64,000 nt of DNA from Actinomycetes bacterium (lineage in GTDB: Bacteria > Actinomycetota > Acidimicrobiia > IMCC26256 > PALSA-610). Location of the stretch: positions 7,629 to 71,628 of the forward strand of contig JAODBJ010000238.1 of NCBI GenBank assembly GCA_025463905.1, written 5' to 3'. The translations under genes and the position numbers were made by a program. The notes below the pieces were generated by a model, which saw only the letters and a list, made by a program, of their open reading frames with translations, was not told where the DNA came from and did no database searches. Each line of letters starts with the position of its first letter. Position 1 is the first letter of the stretch. Below are positions 1 through 8,964 of this stretch, in pieces.

Positions 1-534
1 GCACGCAGCCACCGGTTCTCGCAACAACTCGTCGTAGCGGAGCGCGTAGACGGGCAGACCGCGTGCGTTCGTGAGCGCGGCGACGTTGTACAACTCCCAC
101 AACGCCAGGCCCTGGGCCGGCCCGAAACCGTCGCGCGCATGCAGCGACCCCACGACTTCCTCGGGGTGGCGGTACACGAACACCACCAAGGCGTCGCCGA
201 GACGGGGCAACCACCACGGCAGTGTGAGGCAGGTCCGCGGGTCCTTCCACGCGAACGGCGAGCGGGCGAGCAGCGGCTGCAGCAGCGTGTCGGCATAGTC
301 GCCGAGCAGCGCGAGGCGCGGATCGCGCTCCCATCCCGGTTCGAGAGCCGGCGGGCCGTCCCACGCTCCGCCGAGCTTCGCCAACATGCGCGTGTTGATG
401 CCACGAAGTTCGGTGTGCTCCCAGTTGTGATCGAGATCGCGCGCGTCGCCCAGCGTGGCGCCCATCCGGTTCAGCGCGCGTGCCAATGCCGACGTGCCGC
501 TGCGGTGCATCCCGAGCACGGCGACGGTCGTCAT
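1..534 (-). CDS. Sulfotransferase family protein ST1 (C-terminal end runs off the window)
   Basis: Absent from the ORF track because it is open to position 1. Minus-strand translation from ATG 534-532 reads MTTVAVLGMHRSGTSALARALN...FAWKDPRTCLTLPWW...VFVYRHPEEVVGSLH. It has a PAPS 5'-phosphosulfate-loop-like GxxRSGTS motif and an RxPxxxxxS motif, and aligns clearly with the 11010-11921 protein. ATGA overlap with the stop of the upstream gene (531-534). Confidence 0.75.
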   Translation of the reverse strand, partial: MTTVAVLGMHRSGTSALARALNRMGATLGDARDLDHNWEHTELRGINTRMLAKLGGAWDGPPALEPGWERDPRLALLGDYADTLLQPLLARSPFAWKDPRTCLTLPWWLPRLGDALVVFVYRHPEEVVGSLHARDGFGPAQGLALWELYNVAALTNARGLPVYALRYDELLREPVAAC

Positions 535-1412
535 GCGCCGGCCGCCGTGGTGCGCGGTTCGGTGAAGCGGCGATAGAACTGATCGTCGACGAGGAGCTGC
601 TCGTAGATGTCGTGCGCGAGTTGTTCTTCGGCCGCGCCTTCATGCGCCAGCCAACGCTCGCGCTTCGCGGCGGCAATTCGGTACCGCATGGCGCGCTCGA
701 GCCGGCCGAGGACGGGCACCGCGTTCGGCACTCGCGAACGCGCCGCCGCCAAACGGGGGTTCGTTTCCGCGATGCCGTCGATGCGCGAGATGCGCTCGCG
801 GAAGCCGGCGCCGTGGTGGTACACGAGGTCGCCGTACACCGCGAACCACAGCGGGTGCAGGTCGACCCGGTTACTGCGCAACAGTGGCCGCCAGGACACA
901 CCGTGACGCTCGAGCGCCGCCAGGAGGTTGCCACCGACATCGGTGACCGTCTCCCCTTCGCTGTTCACCCAGGTATGACCCGGCCGCCAATCGCCCGCGA
1001 TCTCGTTCCAACACGCGAGGGTCGTGACGCAGAAGCACGGATGCGGCTGCGGATCGCCGAGATTCTCCGCCCGGCAGACGGCCACCAGCGGGACCGTCAC
1101 GAGCAACGACGCGTCCACCGTCGCGATCGGGAACGCGTCACCATCCACGAAGACGAGATGGTCGTCGGGTGCCGCGTCGCGCGACACGATCGCCGCAAGC
1201 TGATTCAACTTCTCGGCGTGCGTGCCGTCGAGGTCGCCGGCCCAGTCGAACTCGCCGAACCACTTCCGGTCGACGCCGTGCAGCGCCGCGTACACGCGGG
1301 TGCCCGCGGGCAGGTGCCGGCGGAGGTATTGGAGCTGCGGCACGATCCACGCATCGCTGCGCCAGTGCACGGTGACCACGTGGAACACGGCCCGGATCGT
1401 ACGAGACGGCAC
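531..1412 (-). CDS. Hypothetical protein, possible GT-A-fold glycosyltransferase (DxD-like VFVDGDAFP)
   Basis: ORF 531-1604. The N-terminal part of the tracked ORF is Arg/Ser-rich and would collide with the divergent gene, so GTG at 1412 (or 1388) is the preferred start. The HLVFVDGDAFPIA motif resembles a DxD metal site. No other family signature was recognised. Confidence 0.45.
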   Translation of the reverse strand: MPSRTIRAVFHVVTVHWRSDAWIVPQLQYLRRHLPAGTRVYAALHGVDRKWFGEFDWAGDLDGTHAEKLNQLAAIVSRDAAPDDHLVFVDGDAFPIATVDASLLVTVPLVAVCRAENLGDPQPHPCFCVTTLACWNEIAGDWRPGHTWVNSEGETVTDVGGNLLAALERHGVSWRPLLRSNRVDLHPLWFAVYGDLVYHHGAGFRERISRIDGIAETNPRLAAARSRVPNAVPVLGRLERAMRYRIAAAKRERWLAHEGAAEEQLAHDIYEQLLVDDQFYRRFTEPRTTAAGA

Positions 1413-1449
1413 GCACCCGGCGCTGCGAGCGTCTCGGTACGATGCCCCG

Positions 1450-2505
1450 GTGGGCGGGACCGACGGGCCGGATTTCGGTCCCATCTTCATCGTCGGCACC
1501 ATGCGCTCGGGGAGCACGCTGCTGCGCCTCGTGCTCGACGCGCACCCCGACCTCGCGATCGGCGTCGAAACCGGCTTCATGCGCTCGGTCGACGGCATCA
1601 TCACGGTGCCCGGCTTCTTGTTCGGCGACCGCTGGTATGAGCGCCACGGTCTCGCGCTCTCCGATCTCGAAGCGCGTATCGCCGCGTTTTACGACGCGAT
1701 CTTCCGCGATCACGCGCACGCGCTCGGCCGGGCGCGTTGGGGTGAGAAGACGCCGTTCCACGTGTGGCACCTGGAACGGATGGCGCGCCTGTTCCCCGAC
1801 GCCCGCTTCGTCGTCATCGTCCGCCATGCCGGTGGTGCCGCGACGAGCCTCTACGAATGGCGCCACGACTTCACCACCCAACTGCATGACTGGGTGTCCG
1901 AGAACCATGAGATTCTTCGGCGCGCTCCCGCGCTCGGCGACCGCCTGTGTCTCCTGCGCTACGAAGACCTCCTCACCGACCCTCGCGGTGTGTTGCAGGA
2001 ACTGCTTCCCTTCGCCGGCCTCTCGTGGTCCGACGACGTGTTGCGCCACCACGAGGTGCACGCGGCGCGCGGCAACGTGGAACCGGTCGAGGGCGGCTCG
2101 GAGCCCACGCGTCCGATCGACCCGGCGCGCGCGTGGGGATGGCGGGAGAAACTGGACGCACCGGCACGGGCCCAGGTGGAAGCGATTGCGGGCGAGACGC
2201 TGCGATGGTTCGGCTACGAAGCCGACGGCGAAACGCTGGCACCGATCGGCGCCCATGCACTCACGTCGGCGGCGGAGCTCACGGCGCGCCTGGTGTCACA
2301 GCCGCTCGCACTCGCTGCGCCCACGGGTGGCGCGCGGTCGAACGACGACCTCACCGCGCAGCTCGACGCCGCCCAGGCGGAACTCACCCGGCTGCGCCGG
2401 CAACGCAGCGTCCGCGTGGCGCGCGCGCTCAGCATGGCCACGCGCTCCCGATCGACGGCCGACCTGCGCGCGTCCTGGCGTCTGCTGACCGACAAGCCGG
2501 TCTGA
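1450..2505 (+). CDS. Sulfotransferase family protein ST2
   Basis: ORF 1222-2505, with an in-frame GTG at 1450 just before FIVGTMRSGSTLLRLVLDAHPDL (PAPS-binding loop). Also WGEKTPFHVWHLERM, VVIVRHAGGAATSLY (3'-PB-like) and LRYEDLLTDPRGVLQELLPFAGL, typical of Sulfotransfer_3-like enzymes. C-terminal coiled-coil tail. Confidence 0.8.
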   Translation: MGGTDGPDFGPIFIVGTMRSGSTLLRLVLDAHPDLAIGVETGFMRSVDGIITVPGFLFGDRWYERHGLALSDLEARIAAFYDAIFRDHAHALGRARWGEKTPFHVWHLERMARLFPDARFVVIVRHAGGAATSLYEWRHDFTTQLHDWVSENHEILRRAPALGDRLCLLRYEDLLTDPRGVLQELLPFAGLSWSDDVLRHHEVHAARGNVEPVEGGSEPTRPIDPARAWGWREKLDAPARAQVEAIAGETLRWFGYEADGETLAPIGAHALTSAAELTARLVSQPLALAAPTGGARSNDDLTAQLDAAQAELTRLRRQRSVRVARALSMATRSRSTADLRASWRLLTDKPV

Positions 2506-2553
2506 GCAGGTCTGAAGTAGGTCTGAGCCGTTCGGCGCCCGGGCGGCGACCGC

Positions 2554-3408
2554 TTACGAGCTCGCCTCCAAGTCGATGCCCACCAGTTCACGCACGCGTT
2601 GGTTCGACGGTGCGTAGAACGCCGTGAGCCGCTCGCGCACGCCGTCGTCCATCGTGGCCGGCGTCGACGCGTTGCGAGCGCGAAAGTCGGCGTCGCCGAA
2701 CGGTGCCAGCCCGACGAATTCGAGCGCCCGCGCGTAGGTGCGTACGGGATCGCCGAACAGCACTTCGCTGCGCAGCACCAGGAGCTGGTCACGGGGGAAA
2801 ACTGCGAGCCACCGCTCCAACTGCTCCGCGTACCGGCCGCGATCGACGATCGCGTACTCGCGTTTCGTGCGGCGATTGTCGGCATCGTCGGCGACCAGCC
2901 CGCCGGTTCGTTCGATCATCGTCAATTCCTCGTCGACGATCTGGGCGAACGATCGGTTCTCCTTCGTGCGGCGCACGAGCAGGCGGTAGTGGGAGAACGC
3001 CCGCTCCACCGGGTCGCGCAACAGCACGACGAGGCGGACGTCGGGCACGGTCTCGCGCACTCGCTCGGGGACTCGCGGGTGATGCAGGTAGTACGGGGTG
3101 GCTTCGCCCGTCTTCCACCGCCGGCCCGCGCCACCGAGCGGGAACTGGGCGCGGTACCAGTCCGGACCGAGTGCGAACCGCTGATCGAAGAAGTTGATCT
3201 CCTTGCGCACTGGTACCCGTACGTCCGGGTGCTGGGCCAGGTACACGTAGAGCGATGTCGTGCCGGCGCGGGCCGCGCCGATGATCATGAAGTCGGGAAG
3301 TGTCCGCCTTGCCGCGGTTGCGCGGCGCCACGGTTCAGTGAGACGAGCGAGCGGAGCGTTCCGGCTCCGCATACGCCGCCGAACTCGTTCGAGGCCGGTT
3401 GCGTTCAT
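2554..3408 (-). CDS. Sulfotransferase ST3 (Sulfotransfer_1-like)
   Basis: ORF 2554-3741. The internal ATG at 3408 forms an ATGA overlap with the stop of the upstream GT2 gene. Motifs: PDFMIIGAARAGTTSLYVYL (5'-PSB), KEINFFD and VVLLRDPVERAFSHY (3'-PB). Confidence 0.85.
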   Translation of the reverse strand: MNATGLERVRRRMRSRNAPLARLTEPWRRATAARRTLPDFMIIGAARAGTTSLYVYLAQHPDVRVPVRKEINFFDQRFALGPDWYRAQFPLGGAGRRWKTGEATPYYLHHPRVPERVRETVPDVRLVVLLRDPVERAFSHYRLLVRRTKENRSFAQIVDEELTMIERTGGLVADDADNRRTKREYAIVDRGRYAEQLERWLAVFPRDQLLVLRSEVLFGDPVRTYARALEFVGLAPFGDADFRARNASTPATMDDGVRERLTAFYAPSNQRVRELVGIDLEASS

Positions 3409-4289
3409 CGCAGGAAGCGGTAGTCGCGCGGGCCCAAGCGGCCCGTCAGTCCGTCGAACGTCGCCGCGACCCGCGCGACAAGCCGTTTCGAGGTCTGGTC
3501 GCGACGCAGCACGATCTTGGCGAGCGACGCGACCGACCATCCCAATGCCCGCGGCAGCGCGAGTGGCCGCTGCTCGATGAATCGTTCGATGTACAGCCAG
3601 TTGCGAGTTGCGTAGTAGCTGCGCGACACCGACTCGCTCACACCGAAGCGGTGATCGCCCTTCGTGCGGTGCACGAGGAGCGCGCGCGGGTCCTGCCAGA
3701 TCGTGAACCCGGCGGCCAGCAGACGTTTCGAGTACTCCCAATCCTCGAACCCGACGAAGAAGTCGGCTCGCGGAACGCCGACCGCGTCGATCGCGGCGCG
3801 AGGGAAGAGGGACGCGTTGAACGTGAGGCGATGATCGGGGTACGCGTCCGGCGGCAGCACGCCCGACGCGCGCCGGGCCGCGTCCTCGTCCGCGTTGCGT
3901 TCGTTGCGCGCCGCTACTCCCCCAACCCGTTCACCCGCGGTGGACCGCGCCAGCGCGGTTTCGTAGAGCATCGCGAGACAGTCGGGGTGCGCGACGGAGT
4001 CGTGCTCCAGCGACCAGATGTACCGGCACTCGGGGTTGCGGAACGCGGCTTCCCACCCGAGCACGTGTCCGAGCCCGACCCCGACGTTCTGCGCGAGTTG
4101 CAGCGACTCGATGTCGGGACGCGCGTCGAGTAGTTCGCGTGTGCCGTCGGTGCTGTCGTTATCGACAACGATCACGTGCGCCGGCTGCAGCGATTGCGCG
4201 GCGAGCCCTTCGAGCACACCGGGGAGCCATGCTGCACCCTGGTACGCGAGCATCACTGCCACGACGTCGGTCGCGACCCGCGCACTCAC
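3405..4289 (-). CDS. Glycosyltransferase family 2
   Basis: ORF 3405-4337. GTG at 4289 forms a GTGA overlap with the upstream stop (4286-4289). VVAVMLAYQGAAWLPGVLEGLAAQSLQPAHVIVVDNDSTDGT is a classic GT2 N-terminus. Confidence 0.85.
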   Translation of the reverse strand: MSARVATDVVAVMLAYQGAAWLPGVLEGLAAQSLQPAHVIVVDNDSTDGTRELLDARPDIESLQLAQNVGVGLGHVLGWEAAFRNPECRYIWSLEHDSVAHPDCLAMLYETALARSTAGERVGGVAARNERNADEDAARRASGVLPPDAYPDHRLTFNASLFPRAAIDAVGVPRADFFVGFEDWEYSKRLLAAGFTIWQDPRALLVHRTKGDHRFGVSESVSRSYYATRNWLYIERFIEQRPLALPRALGWSVASLAKIVLRRDQTSKRLVARVAATFDGLTGRLGPRDYRFLR

Positions 4290-5371
4290 GGCTGCGCCTC
4301 GAAGTCGGCGAGCATCACGTCCGCGACGCGGTCCCAAGAGAACTCGGCTCGCAACTCCTCGCCACGCGCTCGCGCGCGAGCGCGGTACGCCGGATAATCG
4401 GTGATCATTCGCTCAATCGTCTCGGCGAGCGCCGGCGCATCGCCCGGCGGGACGGTCTCGCCACCGTCGCCAAGGATCCACTGTTGATTGCCGACCGTCG
4501 AACCGACACCCGGCACGCCGGCCATCAAGGCTTCCGCGAGCGCGATGCCAAACGGTTCGGCGCGGGTAGGCACCACGAACAGATCGGCGCGCGAGAACAG
4601 CTCGTACATCACCGCGTGTGGGACTCGGCCCAGCACGCGCACGCCGGCCGGCACGCGATCCGGTGAGCTTCCGACGATCTCGAGTTCGAGCGCGGGGTGC
4701 CGTGCCCGCACGGCGGCGAACGCTTCGAGCAGCTCCGGGCCGCCTTTGCGTTCCCAGTCGTTGCCGACGAACAGCACGCGCCGGCAGTCGACGGTGGGCG
4801 CGGCCATCGGCCCCATCGGCACGTTCGAGCCCGACGCCACGACGCGAACCCGGCCGGGAGGCAAGCCGTACTGGTCGATGATCACGTCGCGGGTGGACGG
4901 TCCCATCGTGTACACGCAGGCCGCGCGCTCGAGGAACGTCTGCTCGCGCGCCAACCAGCCCGGCGTGAAATGCGAACGGAACGAGCCCGCCTCCGCCATG
5001 CCTTCGCGACCGACGCGGTCCGTGTACACCGCGTAGGGGTGCGCGAACTCCGTGAACGCCGGGATCGACTGCACGACGATGGTCGCCCGCGCCGCGCGCG
5101 GGTTCGTGCGCGCGTACCAGCGTTCCAAGGCGCGCGACCACGCGGCGCTCTTCGGCCACGCGGCCACGCCGGCACCGCAACGCTGGGCCTCGGCCAGCGC
5201 CCGGGCGCGTGCCGGCGACGATCTCCAATCGCGCGCAGCGCGCTGCAGGTCGAAATCCGCCACGACGACTCGCCGGCGTAAGGCGTCGCGTAACGACGTC
5301 GCGCTGCCCGAGAACGCGCCGAGCCGCACAAGATCGATCGAAACGGTTCCGTTGTGCGAGACCCCCGCCAT
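4286..5371 (-). CDS. Glycosyltransferase family 4 (GT-B, GT1 clan)
   Basis: C-terminal part of ORF 4286-6040. Start is ATG 5371, or GTG 5380 which would give a GTGA overlap with the upstream stop. Motifs: VLFVGNDWERKGGPELL and the EX7E motif PTRAEPFGIALAEALMAGVP. The long Arg-rich 5' extension in the track overlaps the upstream GT2 and is rejected. Confidence 0.8.
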   Translation of the reverse strand: MAGVSHNGTVSIDLVRLGAFSGSATSLRDALRRRVVVADFDLQRAARDWRSSPARARALAEAQRCGAGVAAWPKSAAWSRALERWYARTNPRAARATIVVQSIPAFTEFAHPYAVYTDRVGREGMAEAGSFRSHFTPGWLAREQTFLERAACVYTMGPSTRDVIIDQYGLPPGRVRVVASGSNVPMGPMAAPTVDCRRVLFVGNDWERKGGPELLEAFAAVRARHPALELEIVGSSPDRVPAGVRVLGRVPHAVMYELFSRADLFVVPTRAEPFGIALAEALMAGVPGVGSTVGNQQWILGDGGETVPPGDAPALAETIERMITDYPAYRARARARGEELRAEFSWDRVADVMLADFEAQP

Positions 5372-5376
5372 CTGCG

Positions 5377-6822
5377 TCACCAGCTCCGCACGCCGCGACG
5401 AATCCGTTCGGCGACGCGGCCTGCAATCCGGCGCGGCGACACTCGTGCGCCGGCGCTCAACACGCCGGCGGCGCCGTAGCGAGCAGCGAGTTGCACGTCG
5501 GCTCGACCGAGGGCGACGGCATCGGAGCTCATGGTGGCACCGGGAAGGTCCGGGAGGATCGCGACCCGGTAACCGGCAAGTTGTGCCCGCCACGCCAGCT
5601 CGCGCCCGCGGTGCGCCGGCAACCGTTCGTCGACACCGCCGATCGCGTCGAGCACATCGCTCCATGCTGCGAACCGACCGGGGTCGATCGCGCCGGCGGC
5701 ATCGTCGCCCGCGGGCAAGTGCGGCGCGCCGGGATCGGGCTCGGGTCGCGCCGACACAATGTCGGCGCCCGCCAATGCGTCGAGCAGTCGCGCCTTCACC
5801 GCAGCATCGCCCGGCGAGTTCGTGCTCGCCTCCACGTAACTCGAGTGGCAGTCGGGTGGGCGCGGCTCGATTACTACCGAACGCGGTGGCGGCGCGCCAA
5901 GCGCGGCGACGGGTGGGCGCGGCGCGCCGTCGGAGGGCAAATCGCGGCGGACCGCGGGCCACACCCGACGGGCCAGCGGCGATGCGTACGCGGTCGCGGC
6001 GCGCGCCGCGACACGAGGCCGGAGCGGCTGGGCGTGCCACGCGTCGAGCAAGTTGCGCCGCGCTTCGGCAATGTCGCCGCGTCGCGCCGCGCTCACGCCG
6101 AGGCTCGTCAGTTGTACCTGCAGGCTCTCCGGGTGACGGGCAAGGAGGTCGCGGTGGTGATCGAGGACGTACCGGGTGGTGGTTTCCTTCATCGCGTGAT
6201 ACTTGACGCTGCGGTCACTCCACTCGCGACGCAGCATCAATGTGGGCGACAGTGCCACTCCGAACCGGGCGCGGTGCCAGGCGTCGATCACCCGCATCGC
6301 GAGTTCGGTGTTCTCGCCGAAGCGAAGCGTGTCGACGTACCCGCCGATCTGGTCGAAGAACGCGCGGTCAATCGCAAAGGTGCCGGGCAGGAACGTGCCG
6401 AGCGTGTGGCCGATATCGGCGAAGGGACGTGGCAGGAGCACTTCGTGCACCGTGCCCTCGCGGGTGAGGTCGATGTGGCCGACCCGCGACACGCGCGTGC
6501 CGGGCGACGCGAACGCGCGCACCAACTCGTCGAGCCAACCCGCGAATGGCAAATCGTCGGTGTCGAGAAAGGTGAGGAGCGGAGCAGCGGCGGCCGCGGC
6601 GCCGGCGTTTCGCGCCGCGCTCACTCCGAGGTTCGTTTGCCGCAGATAGCGAACGCGGCAATCGTCGAAGGCGCGCACGACGTCCCCGGTGCCGTCGGTC
6701 GAGCCGTCGTCGACCACGATCACCTCGAAGTCGGCGAAGGTCTGCCGCCGCAGTGCCAACAGCGCCCGGCCGACCACGTGGGCGCGCTGATAGCTCGGGA
6801 TGACGACTGAGATCGCCGGCAT
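5377..6822 (-). CDS. Glycosyltransferase family 2 with ~250-aa C-terminal extension
   Basis: MPAISVVIPSYQRAHVVGRALLALRRQTFADFEVIVVDDGSTDGT...FLDTDD (DxD). The C-terminal half contains ERLPAHRGRELAWRAQLAGYRVAILPD, resembling the acceptor-side half of a second GT2-like domain. Confidence 0.85.
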   Translation of the reverse strand: MPAISVVIPSYQRAHVVGRALLALRRQTFADFEVIVVDDGSTDGTGDVVRAFDDCRVRYLRQTNLGVSAARNAGAAAAAAPLLTFLDTDDLPFAGWLDELVRAFASPGTRVSRVGHIDLTREGTVHEVLLPRPFADIGHTLGTFLPGTFAIDRAFFDQIGGYVDTLRFGENTELAMRVIDAWHRARFGVALSPTLMLRREWSDRSVKYHAMKETTTRYVLDHHRDLLARHPESLQVQLTSLGVSAARRGDIAEARRNLLDAWHAQPLRPRVAARAATAYASPLARRVWPAVRRDLPSDGAPRPPVAALGAPPPRSVVIEPRPPDCHSSYVEASTNSPGDAAVKARLLDALAGADIVSARPEPDPGAPHLPAGDDAAGAIDPGRFAAWSDVLDAIGGVDERLPAHRGRELAWRAQLAGYRVAILPDLPGATMSSDAVALGRADVQLAARYGAAGVLSAGARVSPRRIAGRVAERIRRGVRSW

Positions 6823-6823
6823 G

Positions 6824-7777
6824 TCAGCTCGTGCGGACGCGGCGCGCGACCGCCGACTTCAGGTCACGCGTCGAGCGTCGCACCCTCCAGCGCGCCCGTC
6901 GAGCCATGGCGTACGCGTGGGCCCGCACCGGCACCGGCGTGGGGCTGCGTTCGTAACCGCATTGCACCAACGTGCGACCCGCGATCGCTTCGAACACGGC
7001 GAGGTCGTCGGGCGACATCTCGTCGTGCCAATCGCGCGTCGTCTTCGGTGGCGCGAGGAGGTTGCCGTGCTCTTCAGGGCGCGGCAGGTCGGCGACGAGC
7101 TGGGCACTGCGCTCGTAGTAGCGCAGCATCGCGGGGTCGAAGTCGAGGGCCAGGAAACTGCACAGCGACCGCACCACGCGCTCGGGTTCGCCGAGCAGAT
7201 CTTCGTAGCGAACCTCGCGGTACCGCTCCGAGCCCAACCGGCGACCGTCGTGACGACCCTTCGCAATCACGCCGCGCCAGATGAGCGCCTCGTTATCGAC
7301 GCGTTCCGTGCTCCACGCGGCCGCCACGCGCGAGAGTGCGACGTTGCGGCCGTCGCGCACGAGGTGCACGAAACGCGCCTCGGGAAACGCGGCGGCGAGG
7401 CGCGGCATCGAACGGACGAATACCGGAGTCTTGTCGGCGTAACGGAGTTTGTGCTGTGCCGCGGCGTACGTGGCGAACACGACCCGCACCGCGTCAGGCA
7501 CGTTTGCCGGTGGCGTCGCTCGCAGCGCGGCCGCCACCGCATCGAGGTCGAGATGCCAGTTCGCGAAGGAGCCATCGGCCGAGAGGTCGGCGAGGAAGCG
7601 ATCCGTGTCGAACGCGCCGGCATGTTCGTAGCGGCGGTGCTGCGACAGAAACGTGAGCGGGAAATACGACTCGTCGGGCACCGCGAGTTGCGGGTGCGCG
7701 TCGAAAATGGCCCGCACGAGCGTGGTGCCGGAGCGGCCGCACCCGACGAAGAACGGGAACGGCGCGCGTTCGCTCAT
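6824..7777 (-). CDS. Sulfotransferase family protein ST4
   Basis: ORF 6824-8293. The internal ATG 7777 forms an ATGA overlap with the Wzt stop (7774-7777). Motifs: MSERAPFPFFVGCGRSGTTLVRAIFDAHPQL (5'-PSB), YADKTPVFV, VHLVRDGRNVALSRV (3'-PB) and VRYEDLLGEPERVVRSLCSFL. Confidence 0.85.
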   Translation of the reverse strand: MSERAPFPFFVGCGRSGTTLVRAIFDAHPQLAVPDESYFPLTFLSQHRRYEHAGAFDTDRFLADLSADGSFANWHLDLDAVAAALRATPPANVPDAVRVVFATYAAAQHKLRYADKTPVFVRSMPRLAAAFPEARFVHLVRDGRNVALSRVAAAWSTERVDNEALIWRGVIAKGRHDGRRLGSERYREVRYEDLLGEPERVVRSLCSFLALDFDPAMLRYYERSAQLVADLPRPEEHGNLLAPPKTTRDWHDEMSPDDLAVFEAIAGRTLVQCGYERSPTPVPVRAHAYAMARRARWRVRRSTRDLKSAVARRVRTS

Positions 7778-8964
7778 TCGAGGTCCCAGGCTGCCCGCGT
7801 GTAGAGCGGCGCCATACGCACGACACCGTTCGGCGCCGGGTCGAGATCCGGTCCGACGACCTCGAAGTTCGCGACCGGGCTCCAATGCAGCAGGTCTTTG
7901 CGGGGCCCGCGGATACCCGCCCACACGTAGTACTTCCCACCCGGCAGCGGCAGCGATGGGATGGTGCAGCGGATCGCGCGGCGGTCGCCCAGACGAACCT
8001 CGTGGCGCACCGAGAAGATCGGCGTAGATGGACCCTCGCTCACGCCGAGAAACACGGTCGCGTCCATCGGCGCCATCGCGTCGACGTGCAGACGAACATG
8101 AAACGCTTCGTCGGTGCGCGCCGGCCCACCATCGGGGCCACACACGACCACCTCGCCGATGCGCGCGTCGCCGTCGGCACGCAGTTCGAGTTTGTCGCGT
8201 TCCTCGATGGCCTGCCGGTAGTCGGTGAGCACCGCCCGCACTGGACCGTCGGCGCGCATCACGCCGTAGTCGAGCCACACTGCGCGCGCGCACGTGGCTT
8301 CGACGGTCGCGAGGTCGTGCGACACGTACACCAGCGTCGCACCTTCGGCGAGGACTTCGCTCATGCGTTCGAGGCAGCGTCGCTGGAAGGAGGCGTCACC
8401 GACCGACAACACCTCGTCAACGAGCAGGATGTCGGGCTCCAGGAACGCGGCGATCGCGAAGCCAATGCGCATCTTCATGCCGCTCGAATAGAACTTCACG
8501 AGCCGGTCGACCGCGTGCTCGACGCCGGCGAACGCGATGATGTCGTCGAAGCGCCTCGTCACGTCCTTGCGGCTGAGCCCGAGCAGCGAACCGTAGATGT
8601 AGACGTTCTCGCGCCCGCTGAGCTGCGGGTGGATCCCTGCGGCGACTTCGATCAGCGCGCCAACGCGGCCTTCCACTTCCATCAATCCCGAATGTGGGTA
8701 CATCACCTGCGAAAGGATCTTGAGCATCGTGCTCTTGCCAGAACCGTTGGCACCGATGAGCGCGATCGATTCGCCGGGGTCAACGGAGAAGTCGATGTCG
8801 CGCAGCGCCCAGGTCCACTGGCGACCCTTCGTGCGCAGGCCCTGCTGCGTTGCTTTCCGATAGTGCATGGCCGTACGTAGGCGCTTGGCCTTGCGGTCGG
8901 GACGAAAGCGTTTCCAGATGTGGTTGGCGCGCATCGCGCCCGCCGGCACCGGCCTACGCGACAT
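7774..8964 (-). CDS. Polysaccharide ABC exporter ATP-binding protein (Wzt/TagH-like) with extra C-terminal ~140-aa domain
   Basis: Walker A GANGSGKST, Q-loop/signature YSSGMKMRIGFA, Walker B ILLVDEVLSVGD and H-loop SHD. After the NBD there is a further beta-rich domain (GEVVVCGPDG...KYYVWAGIRG...FEVVG) in the position of Wzt C-terminal glycan-binding domains. Start is ATG 8964 (11-nt overlap with the permease) or ATG 8934. Confidence 0.88.
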   Translation of the reverse strand: MSRRPVPAGAMRANHIWKRFRPDRKAKRLRTAMHYRKATQQGLRTKGRQWTWALRDIDFSVDPGESIALIGANGSGKSTMLKILSQVMYPHSGLMEVEGRVGALIEVAAGIHPQLSGRENVYIYGSLLGLSRKDVTRRFDDIIAFAGVEHAVDRLVKFYSSGMKMRIGFAIAAFLEPDILLVDEVLSVGDASFQRRCLERMSEVLAEGATLVYVSHDLATVEATCARAVWLDYGVMRADGPVRAVLTDYRQAIEERDKLELRADGDARIGEVVVCGPDGGPARTDEAFHVRLHVDAMAPMDATVFLGVSEGPSTPIFSVRHEVRLGDRRAIRCTIPSLPLPGGKYYVWAGIRGPRKDLLHWSPVANFEVVGPDLDPAPNGVVRMAPLYTRAAWDLE

